Below the pieces are notes generated by a model. The model ran no database searches and was not told where the DNA came from. It saw nothing but the letters and a program-made list of their open reading frames with translations. Source: a virus (Duplodnaviria; Caudoviricetes). From it: 61,078 bases of DNA. This document shows, one piece after another, positions 37,706 through 46,648 of this stretch. The DNA is taken from the IMG/VR virus record IMGVR_UViG_3300036979_000267, positions 1 to 61,078 of that record; one strand, given 5' to 3'. A program made the position numbers and the translations under genes. Position 1 is the first letter of the stretch. Each line of letters begins with the position of its first letter.

Positions 37706-37750
37706 TCCCACGGGATTAACACCGATACGCATATGCGTATACAATGGGGC

Positions 37751-38227
37751 ATGACAACTGATATGACCCAAGAGCTGCTGCGCAGCATCCTCCAATACGA
37801 CCCGCTCACCGGCGTGTTCGTATGGTTAGTTGATAGCGGCGCGCGAAAGTGCAAAGGGAATGCGGCGGGTACGCCCGGCATGGAGCGCCCCTGCATATAC
37901 ATCAGCTACAAACGGCGCAAGTACCTTGCGCATCGACTGGCTTGGCTGTATATGCAGGGCGTGTGGCCAGAGGATACGGTTGACCATCGGGATGGCAATC
38001 CAGCGAACAATCGGTGGAGCAATCTGAGGCTGGCCACCCGTTCGCAGCAACGGCAGAACCAGCATCGCCCGAGGGGCGCGAACCCCTTCGTGGGGGTGTA
38101 CCCGTCGAAGGAACAGTACGTTGCGAAGATCGACAATCGGCACCTTGGGTATTTCCCCACGCCGGAGTTGGCCAGCGAGGCATATCAGGCGGAGAAGGCG
38201 AGGGTGCACACGCATCTTCCTGAGTAA
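37751..38227 (+). CDS. HNH endonuclease with AP2-like C-terminal domain
   Basis: YLAHRLAWLY..G.WP...VDHRDGNPANNRWSNLRLAT; GVY...AKI...HLGYFPTPELASEAY. Confidence 0.88.
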   Translation: MTTDMTQELLRSILQYDPLTGVFVWLVDSGARKCKGNAAGTPGMERPCIYISYKRRKYLAHRLAWLYMQGVWPEDTVDHRDGNPANNRWSNLRLATRSQQRQNQHRPRGANPFVGVYPSKEQYVAKIDNRHLGYFPTPELASEAYQAEKARVHTHLPE

Positions 38228-38298
38228 GTACCGGCTCCACAGCGGCCCTGTGGTATTTGTTAACTGGGGATTTAGTTACCCCGCACTGGAGATATATT

Positions 38299-39312
38299 TT
38301 GAGAATTGGACACATCACACCCCTCATCGCCAAGCGTTACACCAACGAGGCAACCCGCAAGCGCGCCATGTTCATCGTGGGCAAGTCAGGTATCGGCAAG
38401 TCCGAGTGCGTGTATCAGGCCAGCGAGTTGCTGGGCCAGCACATCGAGGGATGGCAAGGTGTCGTGGACCTGCGCTTGTCGCAGATGGAACCCACGGACC
38501 TGAAGGGTATCCCGGTGCCCAACCACGAGGCAGGCACAACTGTCATGTACCGCCCCGACACGATCCCCCAGACCGGCTCGGGCATTTTGTTCCTCGACGA
38601 GATCACGTCTGCTCCCCCCAGCATTCAGGCTGCGGCATACGAGATGGTGCTGACACCTGAGCACTACGGTATCCCGAAAGGTTGGATGGTTGTGGCTGCT
38701 GGCAACTTGCAGAGCGACCGCGGTGTGACATTCCAGATGGCCGGACCACTACTCAACCGCTTCAACAAGATTGAGGCTGTGACCACACTGGACGACTTCA
38801 TTGACCACGCAGTGACCCGCGACATCGCCCCCGAGGTGACATCGTTCCTCAAGTCCCGCGCGGACTACCTGCACAAGTTTGAAGGCACTGGTGTGATTGA
38901 TTCCTTTCCCAGCCCACGCTCGTGGTTCGCTGTGTCTGACTCGCTGTCGCTGGACCTGCGCCCCGCTGACCGTGTGGAGTCCTTCAAGGGTGATGTAGGC
39001 CACGAGGCTGCTGTTGCATTCGAGGCGCACCTGCGTGTCTGGGAGTCGATGCCCAGTCTGGACGCTATTCTGGCCGGTAAGGACATTGACGTGCCCGAGA
39101 AGATGGATGTGCGGTACTGCATCGCCATGGGCTTGGCTGCCCGTGTGAACGAGAAGAACTTCGATGGCGCATGGAACTTCCTCCAGAAGATGCCCAAGGA
39201 CATACAGACACTGACCGTCAAGCTGTCGTACAGGAGATGCAAGCAACTTGTATTAAGTTCGTCGTTCACTACATGGGCTGCGGCAAACCAGTCAGCTTTT
39301 AAGCGTGGCTAA
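38299..39312 (+). CDS. MoxR-like AAA+ ATPase
   Basis: Walker A GKSGIGKS, Walker B ILFLDE, AAGN, LLNRF, FPSPRSW; TTG start after GGAG. Confidence 0.88.
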   Translation: MRIGHITPLIAKRYTNEATRKRAMFIVGKSGIGKSECVYQASELLGQHIEGWQGVVDLRLSQMEPTDLKGIPVPNHEAGTTVMYRPDTIPQTGSGILFLDEITSAPPSIQAAAYEMVLTPEHYGIPKGWMVVAAGNLQSDRGVTFQMAGPLLNRFNKIEAVTTLDDFIDHAVTRDIAPEVTSFLKSRADYLHKFEGTGVIDSFPSPRSWFAVSDSLSLDLRPADRVESFKGDVGHEAAVAFEAHLRVWESMPSLDAILAGKDIDVPEKMDVRYCIAMGLAARVNEKNFDGAWNFLQKMPKDIQTLTVKLSYRRCKQLVLSSSFTTWAAANQSAFKRG

Positions 39313-39559
39313 TCCCATGGGATTAGAGTGGCGCAGCACGGGGAGCAACAAGGCATATGCAATGTGTCGCCGGGATATGCCGAAACCCCGCGGTAGGTAT
39401 GTCTCGGAGCCTGACAACTGGGTCGTCTTCGGCCGTGTTGAGCCGGACATTACTGGCAAACTGGTGGCCTCGGCCACCTCATTCGACCACGTCAAGTACG
39501 TGGATAGCATGGAAGACGGACGTTTACATGTGGAGGCAATATGGGCATTGGAACAATAG
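39305..39559 (+). CDS. Hypothetical protein
   Basis: Short ORF beginning through a palindrome copy (ANPMGL). Confidence 0.45.
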   Translation: MANPMGLEWRSTGSNKAYAMCRRDMPKPRGRYVSEPDNWVVFGRVEPDITGKLVASATSFDHVKYVDSMEDGRLHVEAIWALEQ

Positions 39560-39585
39560 TCTGCGGGCGGGGGGTAACGCCCCCG

Positions 39586-39813
39586 ATGACCCACCCGGCG
39601 GGCAACATCGAAGGGTGGTACAGCCCATGGCCCGGTTCTCCCGAGCTTGTGTTGTACGTGAAGGGCGTACCGTTGGGTGAGGTGTACCCGATCAGCGCGT
39701 ACGAGCTTGACGGAGAGTGGCAGGCGCGGATAATGCCTCATGTGGGAAACGCGTACTCGACGCAGAACGAGGCGATGCTGTTCTTGGAAGCTATCGCAGC
39801 CCTCGGGGTTTAA
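39586..39813 (+). CDS. Hypothetical protein
   Basis: Short plus-strand ORF within the operon. Confidence 0.45.
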   Translation: MTHPAGNIEGWYSPWPGSPELVLYVKGVPLGEVYPISAYELDGEWQARIMPHVGNAYSTQNEAMLFLEAIAALGV

Positions 39814-39834
39814 CTTTTTTACTGGAGATTTACT

Positions 39835-40968
39835 ATGAGTTTCGAGCAACGTATTGACCTTGCTGCAAGCAAGCTGGGTTTGCGGGAGCCGTTCATTGCG
39901 GCTGTGGTTGCGGCCATGCCGCGCATCATCGTGAGGGGCGACGCAGGGTTCACTGCGAGCACCAACGGTACGTGGATGAAGTTCGGCGAGGAGTGGGGTT
40001 CGCAGTGGAACGACGAGCAATTGTTCGGGTTGTACATGCACGAAGCCCTGCACGTCATCCTCATGCACATGTGGCGCCGGGGTGACCTTGACGCTGGCCT
40101 GTGGAATACCGCGAACGATGCCATCATCAACCGCATGATCCTCAACAAGGGGTACCAACTGCCTTCCGGGGGCGTGGACATTCCGTGGGTCAAGGAGAGT
40201 CATGACTCTGACGACGTGTATCGCAAGCTGGCGGGGGAAGCGTCCGAGCAGCCCAAGGGCGGCGAGGGTACGCCCAACCCCAACGGTGGCTGGGATGACA
40301 AGGGTGATCTGGAGGACGCCCCGGACGAGGCGACCAAGGCTGACGTGGAGGCCCGCATCATTACCTCCGCGAAGATGGCCCGTGAGTGCGGCGATGGCTC
40401 TGCGCTGATTGCCCGCATCCTCGGCGAAGTGGGCAAGGCGTCGGTGCGGTGGCAGGACGAGATGCGTGCGGTGATGATGATGACGGCCCGCAACGACTTC
40501 AGCTATGCGCGGTTCTCCCGCCGGTACATCGGACGTGGCATGTACTTCCCCACGTTGCGCAGCGAGGAGATGGGTGGGCTGGCCATTGGTTTCGACGTGT
40601 CGGGCTCTGTGTCGCAGCAGATGGCGGACCAACTGTGCGCAGAGATTCAGGGCATCGTGGACGATACCAACCCAGAGTGGGTCGAGGTGGTGTACTGCAC
40701 CGATGTCATCACTGGTGTGCAGCGCTTCATGCGGGGTGATCCTCTGGCGCTCAAGGTGGTGGGTACTGGCGGCACACGGTTCAAGCCGGTGTTCGACCAC
40801 TTCCAGCGTGTTGCTGAGACCGACCGTGTGGCGGCGTTCATCTACCTGACGGACATGGAGGGCAACCTCGGTGAGTGCGCCGAGCCCGAGTGGCCTGTGA
40901 TCTGGGGCAATGTGGGCAGCCGCGACTATGACGCGCCGTTCGGCAAAGCTGTGAAGGTGCGACTATGA
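39835..40968 (+). CDS. DUF2201-like metallopeptidase plus VWA domain protein
   Basis: HEALH, WNTAND..IN, MIDAS DVSGS, GGTRF.P.F and YLTD motifs. Confidence 0.88.
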   Translation: MSFEQRIDLAASKLGLREPFIAAVVAAMPRIIVRGDAGFTASTNGTWMKFGEEWGSQWNDEQLFGLYMHEALHVILMHMWRRGDLDAGLWNTANDAIINRMILNKGYQLPSGGVDIPWVKESHDSDDVYRKLAGEASEQPKGGEGTPNPNGGWDDKGDLEDAPDEATKADVEARIITSAKMARECGDGSALIARILGEVGKASVRWQDEMRAVMMMTARNDFSYARFSRRYIGRGMYFPTLRSEEMGGLAIGFDVSGSVSQQMADQLCAEIQGIVDDTNPEWVEVVYCTDVITGVQRFMRGDPLALKVVGTGGTRFKPVFDHFQRVAETDRVAAFIYLTDMEGNLGECAEPEWPVIWGNVGSRDYDAPFGKAVKVRL

Positions 40969-41174
40969 GCCTGTCCGAATCGTTGTATATTTCATGGCAG
41001 CGATTTTGTGCCATCGAGCTTGGGCGCCCACTGGACATGAACTCCATTGAGCCCGGCTTGGTGTCGCACGTTGTGCCCGATGGGCAGCCACCCTTCCGCT
41101 GTGCGGATGGAACGGTGCGCAAACTTTCTATGGCTTACGAACTTGAGGACTTACACAATGAATTTCCAAACTGA
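40965..41174 (+). CDS. Hypothetical protein
   Basis: ATGA overlap with the VWA gene. Confidence 0.45.
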   Translation: MSLSESLYISWQRFCAIELGRPLDMNSIEPGLVSHVVPDGQPPFRCADGTVRKLSMAYELEDLHNEFPN

Positions 41175-41421
41175 AGTATTGAACAAACTGACCCGCCTTG
41201 AGAGCAAGGTAGTGCGAGGCTTCGAGGAACTTGGTGCCGACACAGACGTGGACCCGAACTGGTTGAGTGTCGATGAGGCATCACGTGTCATCTACGTGTC
41301 CACACTCGGGCGCTCATTCAAGATCATGCACAGCGTGGCAATACAAAAAGGCGCCAAGCAATTTGGCAAAGAGTACGACATCGTCCACAAAGGCGATGTC
41401 GTTGGAACCGTAACCCTGTAA
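41158..41421 (+). CDS. Hypothetical protein
   Basis: GAGG RBS; KLTRLESKVVRG motif. Confidence 0.55.
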   Translation: MNFQTEVLNKLTRLESKVVRGFEELGADTDVDPNWLSVDEASRVIYVSTLGRSFKIMHSVAIQKGAKQFGKEYDIVHKGDVVGTVTL

Positions 41422-41447
41422 CTAATCCCGTGGGATTAAGGAAAAAT

Positions 41448-41564
41448 ATGAAGACCACTATCATCGTCGCCCTGTGCGCCCTGCTTGGAGGATGCGCCAC
41501 CGCAGAAACCATTCAGGTGCTCGACAACATCATCACGTACGTCAACCATGCGCCGAGCAATTAA
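41448..41564 (+). CDS. Tiny predicted lipoprotein (38 aa)
   Basis: Read manually: MKTTIIVALCALLGG-CATAETIQVLDNIITYVNHAPSN*; LGGC lipobox; AAGGA RBS overlaps a palindrome copy. Confidence 0.6.
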   Translation: MKTTIIVALCALLGGCATAETIQVLDNIITYVNHAPSN

Positions 41565-41803
41565 CTACCTACTGCTGTTCATCAACATAGCCCTTCTGTG
41601 GCTACTTGCTTACTGGAGATAACATGACACCACTACCAGAGGACGAAGACCTCAACAACCCGTTCACACTCGACTACGTGATGGGCTGGATCATCAACCT
41701 ACTCGCAGCTATTGGCGCTGTGGCATTTGCGGGCCTGCTGGGGCTGTACTTCAGCGGGTTTTTTCATTGGCTTTTTGAGCGCGCAAGCGCGGGGGGATAG
41801 GGG

Positions 41804-42199
41804 ATGACTACATACACACAAGCAGAGCGCGAAAAAATGATCACAGAATTAACCGTTGCGGCTGGACTGCTCAGTGTTGGGCAAGTGCGCGATTTTGATG
41901 ACCTTTCAGAAACACTCGCATGCGCTGCCAACATGCTGGCCGCACCAAGCACCATTCCCGAGGTAATTAGGGCTCAAGAGGTCGTGTACCACGTTTGTCT
42001 AGAAAAATGGGGCGCAGAAAATGGCGTAACTATTGATGCACTGTTGGTGCTTGACCACCTCAAAACCGCACCAAGCCCCAGCCAGCCGCTGACACCGCAT
42101 GAAATTGGGGCATTTGTCGGAACTCACGAATTTGGGCCTGAACAGCTTAAGTGGTTCCGCCTTGGCGAAGCAGCCCACGGTATCAAAGGAGGTGCGTGA
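41804..42199 (+). CDS. Hypothetical protein
   Basis: 131 aa ending EAAHGIKGGA, a common phage accessory C-terminus. Confidence 0.6.
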   Translation: MTTYTQAEREKMITELTVAAGLLSVGQVRDFDDLSETLACAANMLAAPSTIPEVIRAQEVVYHVCLEKWGAENGVTIDALLVLDHLKTAPSPSQPLTPHEIGAFVGTHEFGPEQLKWFRLGEAAHGIKGGA

Positions 42200-42582
42200 T
42201 GAGCGCAGAACTTGAAATGACTGATCTAGAAATAGACAAAGCCCTCGCGCTGGCGATTGGGTGGACGGTAACCCGCATTGACGAAAACGGTTGCATTGGC
42301 CCCGATGTGGCGATTGGGTGGCCTATACGGACTGTACTTGCCTATCCAGATACTACTGGCTGCTGGGTCTGGACTGATGGCAACTGGCGCATCTTCTCTC
42401 ACCTTGACTGGAACGTCATCGGGCCGATTGCGGAACGGTACGACTGCTTTCCGTTTCAGATTCGCAGCAAGGAGGAGGACTTCGGGAAGTGGAACGTAAT
42501 CAGGTGCGGAGAGAACGACATCATGGATGCAAGCCCACAACGAGCCATAGCACTGGCGGTGATTCAAGGAGCAAAGACATGA
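42199..42582 (+). CDS. Second NinX/DUF2591-like protein
   Basis: EIDKALALAIGW...DWNVIGPIAERY...PQRAIALAVI. Confidence 0.55.
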   Translation: MSAELEMTDLEIDKALALAIGWTVTRIDENGCIGPDVAIGWPIRTVLAYPDTTGCWVWTDGNWRIFSHLDWNVIGPIAERYDCFPFQIRSKEEDFGKWNVIRCGENDIMDASPQRAIALAVIQGAKT

Positions 42583-43547
42583 AGCTCCGACACCGCCGCA
42601 AACAGTTCTGGTGGACGTGGCACCACTGCACGCAACTGTACCCCTACTACTCCAAGCTCTACGGCATGTTCGATTGGGGCGTAGGCCGTATCAACCACCA
42701 ACACAAGGGCGTAACGAAATGAAACTCAACGAAGCCCTCACCGCCCTGTGCAAAGCCGTCGAAGGCACAGAGATTGCTGTCAATGTAGACGCTGACGACG
42801 TGCAAATTCACTGGTTCGGCGTCACGCAAATTACCTGCTCCGCTGCTGTCGCTGCGAAGGTGATACCTGCGCTCAAGCAGCTTGAAATGTTCGGAATGAA
42901 GGACTGCTGAAATGACAACACCACTACCCACACCCGACTGCGGGGTCCACTACACCGAGGAGCAGATTCAAGCCTACGGCAAGGCTGAGTACGAGCGCGC
43001 CCTGCTCGACGCTATGAACGCCACGCGCGCCTTCGGCAAGACAGGCGAAGTGATCGCTGTGATTATTGCAGCACTGAAGGAGAAGAAAGAATGACATCCT
43101 ATCAAGCAGGCCCCGAGGGCGGCGAGTTCATCTACCCGCACATCGACAAGCGCTGGCCGGAGCCGGGGGCCAAGGTGTCCCTGCTCACCAAGGGCGGCAT
43201 CCATACCACCGGCCCGTGGGACGCATCGTTCTGCGTGGCTTGGCTACCACTACCGAAACGCAACAAGGACAAAGAAGATGCCAAGACATAATGCTCGCAC
43301 TTGCAAGTGCCCACCGGACTCCCCGTTCCACTGGCAAACCGCGATAGATTCCCGCTCGTTCACCCCAGTCGAGTTGCGTGCGCGGCACAGTGCAGCAGCT
43401 AGTGCGACAGTTGAGACCAAGCGCGCGGAAGGTAAGGACTACGGCCAGATTGCCGGGCTGTCCAAAAACAGCGAAGCGTACATGGACCGGATGCAGGGAA
43501 ACTTCGCGCCAAAGAGGACTCGTCGTGCCAAGACCAAAGCCGCCTGA
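42579..43547 (+). CDS. Run of five small hypothetical ORFs (42579-42722, 42719-42910, 42912-43094, 43091-43291, 43278-43547)
   Basis: Tightly overlapping starts and stops, several with RBS. Confidence 0.5.
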
Positions 43548-43785
43548 GAAACTGTTCGAGCGATGCGTGCGACTGACGGACGCGCAGTGGGCAGAGCTAC
43601 ATAGAAGGGGCGGAGTGTCGTGGTTACGTGCAGACCTTGGTGGGTCTCACAGCCTTGAGCAGTGGCGCATGGAGCGTAACCAAGGTATAAAGGATGCGCA
43701 CAGCCGGGGCGACAAACCCCTTGTGTTGGCGAACCAGTATGGTTTGCATATTTCCCACGTCCATCGAATTTTGAAAGCGCCCTGA
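43525..43785 (+). CDS. Putative DNA-binding protein (ribbon-helix-like N-terminus plus Mor-like HTH)
   Basis: MPRPKP...VRLTDAQWAEL...GG..WLR; RNQGI...LANQYGLHISHVHRIL; GTG start after GAGG. Confidence 0.6.
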   Translation: MPRPKPPEKLFERCVRLTDAQWAELHRRGGVSWLRADLGGSHSLEQWRMERNQGIKDAHSRGDKPLVLANQYGLHISHVHRILKAP

Positions 43786-43963
43786 CCATGGCACATACCG
43801 CAGATACCCCCACATACTCTACGTGGGAACGACAACCACTTGTGGACGAGGCCACACGGCTATACAACTTGTTGCTGGAGAAACAGCATGAGATCGAGTG
43901 TTTGAAACTCGACATCAAAACCCGCCGCGAGGCATACCGTAAATTTATTGTGGAGACTAGCAA

Positions 43964-44185
43964 ATGAGCGCAGCGAAAAAGAAACAGGTCGGGGGCGAGC
44001 ACTACAGGTCCAAGACCGTGCAGCCGTGGGATGTCATCGACTCCTGCATGAGCAAAGAAGAGGCCGTGGGCTTCTACCGGGGAAACGTCATCAAGTACAC
44101 CATGCGATGCAACGACAAGGGTGGCGTCGAGGACTTGCGCAAGGCGCAGCACTACATGGAAAAGTTGCTGGAGGTGTTGTCGTGA
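43964..44185 (+). CDS. DUF3310-family protein
   Basis: QVGGEHY...GFYRGNVIKY..R...KGGVEDLRKA.HY. Confidence 0.85.
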   Translation: MSAAKKKQVGGEHYRSKTVQPWDVIDSCMSKEEAVGFYRGNVIKYTMRCNDKGGVEDLRKAQHYMEKLLEVLS

Positions 44186-44580
44186 GCGGCCCGGTATTTA
44201 ACCCCGACGCATACAGGGACGCCCTCGTCGGCGGCGGACTTTCGACGTACACCAAGCGCGATTGGTTGCCGGAAAACACAGCAGCACGGCAGGCACTGGA
44301 CCGAATACCGACGGCTTCAGCGCTCCCGGTGGCCCTTTTTGTGCGGAATATTGAAAATGGGTATGTGGTAGTGCACAAGGGGGCAGAGTATTTTTGCGAA
44401 GACTTTGAAAAAGTCGCGGCGCGTGTCGTGGCAATACTGGCTGCCGATGCCATGGACAGAACAAACCAGCCGCGCCCGGTGCAAGATCAGGCTGCGGATG
44501 CTATGCGGTACATGTTGTCCGCGTACCCCGACATTATTCAGCCGTATGGCCACGCACTCCACATAACAGGAGCTACTTGA
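44182..44580 (+). CDS. Hypothetical protein
   Basis: GTG start after GGAGG; VRNIENGYVV motif. Confidence 0.5.
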   Translation: MSGPVFNPDAYRDALVGGGLSTYTKRDWLPENTAARQALDRIPTASALPVALFVRNIENGYVVVHKGAEYFCEDFEKVAARVVAILAADAMDRTNQPRPVQDQAADAMRYMLSAYPDIIQPYGHALHITGAT

Positions 44581-46427
44581 TGCAGACCATATACGTGGAT
44601 TTTGAGACCTACTACTCTGCGGACTACTCGCTGTCAAAGATGCAGACCGATGCGTACATCAAGGATTCCCGGTTTGAAGTTATTGGTGTGTCGGTAGGGG
44701 TCATGGATGCGAAGCCTGTGTGGTACACGGGCTCTATGTTGGAGATAGCCGGGTGGCTGCACAGTACCTTCGACTGGGGGAATTCGGCGGTCTGCTGCCA
44801 CAACACGTTGTTCGATGGCTTCATCCTGGCGCACCATTTCGGCATTAAACCGAAGTTGTGGATGGATACACTGGCGATGGCGCGCATGATTTGGCCATAC
44901 CTCCCGTCGCACTCGCTGGCCAATATTGCCAAGCATCTCAAACTGCAGGACAAGGGCACGGAGGTCGCTAATGCCATGGGATTAAGGAAGGCGGACATGA
45001 GCCCGCAATTTCTGGCCTCGTACGCCGCGTACTGTGTGGGGGACACGGAGATTTGCCGAGACATTAGCCGCGCGACGCAGCCGTTGGTGCCCGCCATTGA
45101 GTTGAAGCAGATCGACATGATTGTGCGGATGTTTACCGAGCCCCAATTCCACGGGGACATAGAGCTACTAAAGCAGCAGTATGTGACGGAGGTGGAGCGC
45201 AAGCGGGAGTTGCTGGAAAAGGCGGAGTTGCAGAAGGACATCATCATGTCCAACGACAAGTTCGCGGAGCACCTGCGCAATCTGGGTGTGGTGCCGCCGA
45301 CCAAGGTGTCCGCCAAGACCGGCAAGGTTGCGTTCGCGTTTGCCAAGACCGACAAAGAATTTCAGGCGCTACTGGAGGACGACAACGAGGAGGTAGTGGC
45401 TGCAGTGTCCGCGCGGCTCGGCGTGAAGACCACGATTGCGGAGACTCGTGTGCTGCGCATGGTGGAGATGGCCGAGCGTGGTCCGCTGCCGGTGTACCTG
45501 AATTTCTGGGGCGCGAAAACAACCGGCAGGTTGTCTGGTGGTAATGGACTTAACTGGCAAAACCTGCCAGCGCGTGGTCCGTCAGCGGGCATTCGCAAAG
45601 GCATCATCGCGCCCGAGGGGTATAAAATTCTCGTGGGGGATTCGTCCAACATCGAGTTGCGCGTGGCCATGGCGGCGGCAGGGCAGGATGATGTGGTGCA
45701 CAAGCTGGCCAGTGGTATCGACCTGTACTGCGACTTCGCGTCGAAGCTGTTCGGGCGGGTGGTGACCAAGGCCGACAAGAAGGAGCGCATGCTGGGCAAG
45801 ATCGCCATGCTTTCGCTGCAGTACGGTGCGGGCTGGGTGAAGTTTAAGGAGATGGTGCGCATCCAGTCGGGGGACATACTTCCAGACGACACCGCGCGGC
45901 GCATTGTGGACCTGTATCGGGCTGTGCATGGAAACGTGATGGACTTGCATCGGTACTGCAACGATGTGATTTTGCCCGACATAGCGCAGGGATGCTCACT
46001 GCTGCCGGTGGACCGCCACGCTTGGGCCATCACGTCGAACGAGGGCTACGGGACCGCTGCGCAGCCCGGGGTTAAGTACCACAACCTGCGGCAAGAGTTG
46101 ATGATGCGGGACGGCCGACAGGAGTTGACGTGGGTTTACACCATGGGCCGGGAGAAGGTGAAAATTTATGGCGGCAAGGTGGTAGAAAATCTTTGCCAAT
46201 ACCTTGCAGGACGCATCGTGATGTGGCAAACTGCACGCTTCAATCAGCGGTATCCGGTAGCTCTATCGGTACACGATGAAGTAGTGTGCGTAGTGCGAGA
46301 TGATCAGTTGGCGGAGGCGCAAGCCTATTTGGAGGAGTGCCTTTCTTTGGCGCCTCCGTGGTGCCGGGGGACTATTCCCTTGGCGTGTGAGACAGATTTT
46401 GGGCAGAGCTACGGCGACGCCAAGTAG
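44577..46427 (+). CDS. DNA polymerase family A with 3'-5' exonuclease
   Basis: ExoI DFET, ExoII HNTLFD, TTGRLSG, motif A DSSNIELR, motif B RMLGKIAMLSLQYG, motif C VHDEVV. Confidence 0.92.
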   Translation: MMQTIYVDFETYYSADYSLSKMQTDAYIKDSRFEVIGVSVGVMDAKPVWYTGSMLEIAGWLHSTFDWGNSAVCCHNTLFDGFILAHHFGIKPKLWMDTLAMARMIWPYLPSHSLANIAKHLKLQDKGTEVANAMGLRKADMSPQFLASYAAYCVGDTEICRDISRATQPLVPAIELKQIDMIVRMFTEPQFHGDIELLKQQYVTEVERKRELLEKAELQKDIIMSNDKFAEHLRNLGVVPPTKVSAKTGKVAFAFAKTDKEFQALLEDDNEEVVAAVSARLGVKTTIAETRVLRMVEMAERGPLPVYLNFWGAKTTGRLSGGNGLNWQNLPARGPSAGIRKGIIAPEGYKILVGDSSNIELRVAMAAAGQDDVVHKLASGIDLYCDFASKLFGRVVTKADKKERMLGKIAMLSLQYGAGWVKFKEMVRIQSGDILPDDTARRIVDLYRAVHGNVMDLHRYCNDVILPDIAQGCSLLPVDRHAWAITSNEGYGTAAQPGVKYHNLRQELMMRDGRQELTWVYTMGREKVKIYGGKVVENLCQYLAGRIVMWQTARFNQRYPVALSVHDEVVCVVRDDQLAEAQAYLEECLSLAPPWCRGTIPLACETDFGQSYGDAK

Positions 46428-46447
46428 TTTATTTACTGGAGATTCCT

Positions 46448-46648
46448 ATGAGTGAATTCGTAGTATCGACGTGGGCGCAGCTTGCGGCCGCACTTCTGGC
46501 TGCGGCGTGCAGTACCTATGACGAGGCCCGGCGCAATCCGTTCGTGGTCAAGTTCAGCACCTGCACATACACGTTCAAACACGGGCTGCACGAAGCCCGT
46601 GCGAACAGCATGGCGCGTGAAATTCGGAGGACGCACCGTGGCCGATAA
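46448..46648 (+). CDS. Hypothetical protein
   Basis: 66-aa ORF with GGA RBS. Confidence 0.45.
   Translation: MSEFVVSTWAQLAAALLAAACSTYDEARRNPFVVKFSTCTYTFKHGLHEARANSMAREIRRTHRGR

Larger units (their letters stand above)
29056..44984. repeat. Dispersed 16-bp palindrome family TAATCCC-RY-GGGATTA
   Basis: Copies start at 30211, 31654, 32038, 32530, 33314, 34947, 35953, 36534, 37703, 39310 and 41423; degenerate copies at 29056 (TAATCCTGCGGAATTA) and 44969 (TAATGCCATGGGATTA). Confidence 0.92.

Noticed and set aside
30211-41438. Palindrome family as a CRISPR array or integron attC array
   Set aside because: Spacing is irregular (about 0.4-2.1 kb), repeats are only 16 bp, several lie within CDSs, and no cas or integrase gene was recognised. 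The Cas4-like gene is an ordinary phage replication exonuclease.
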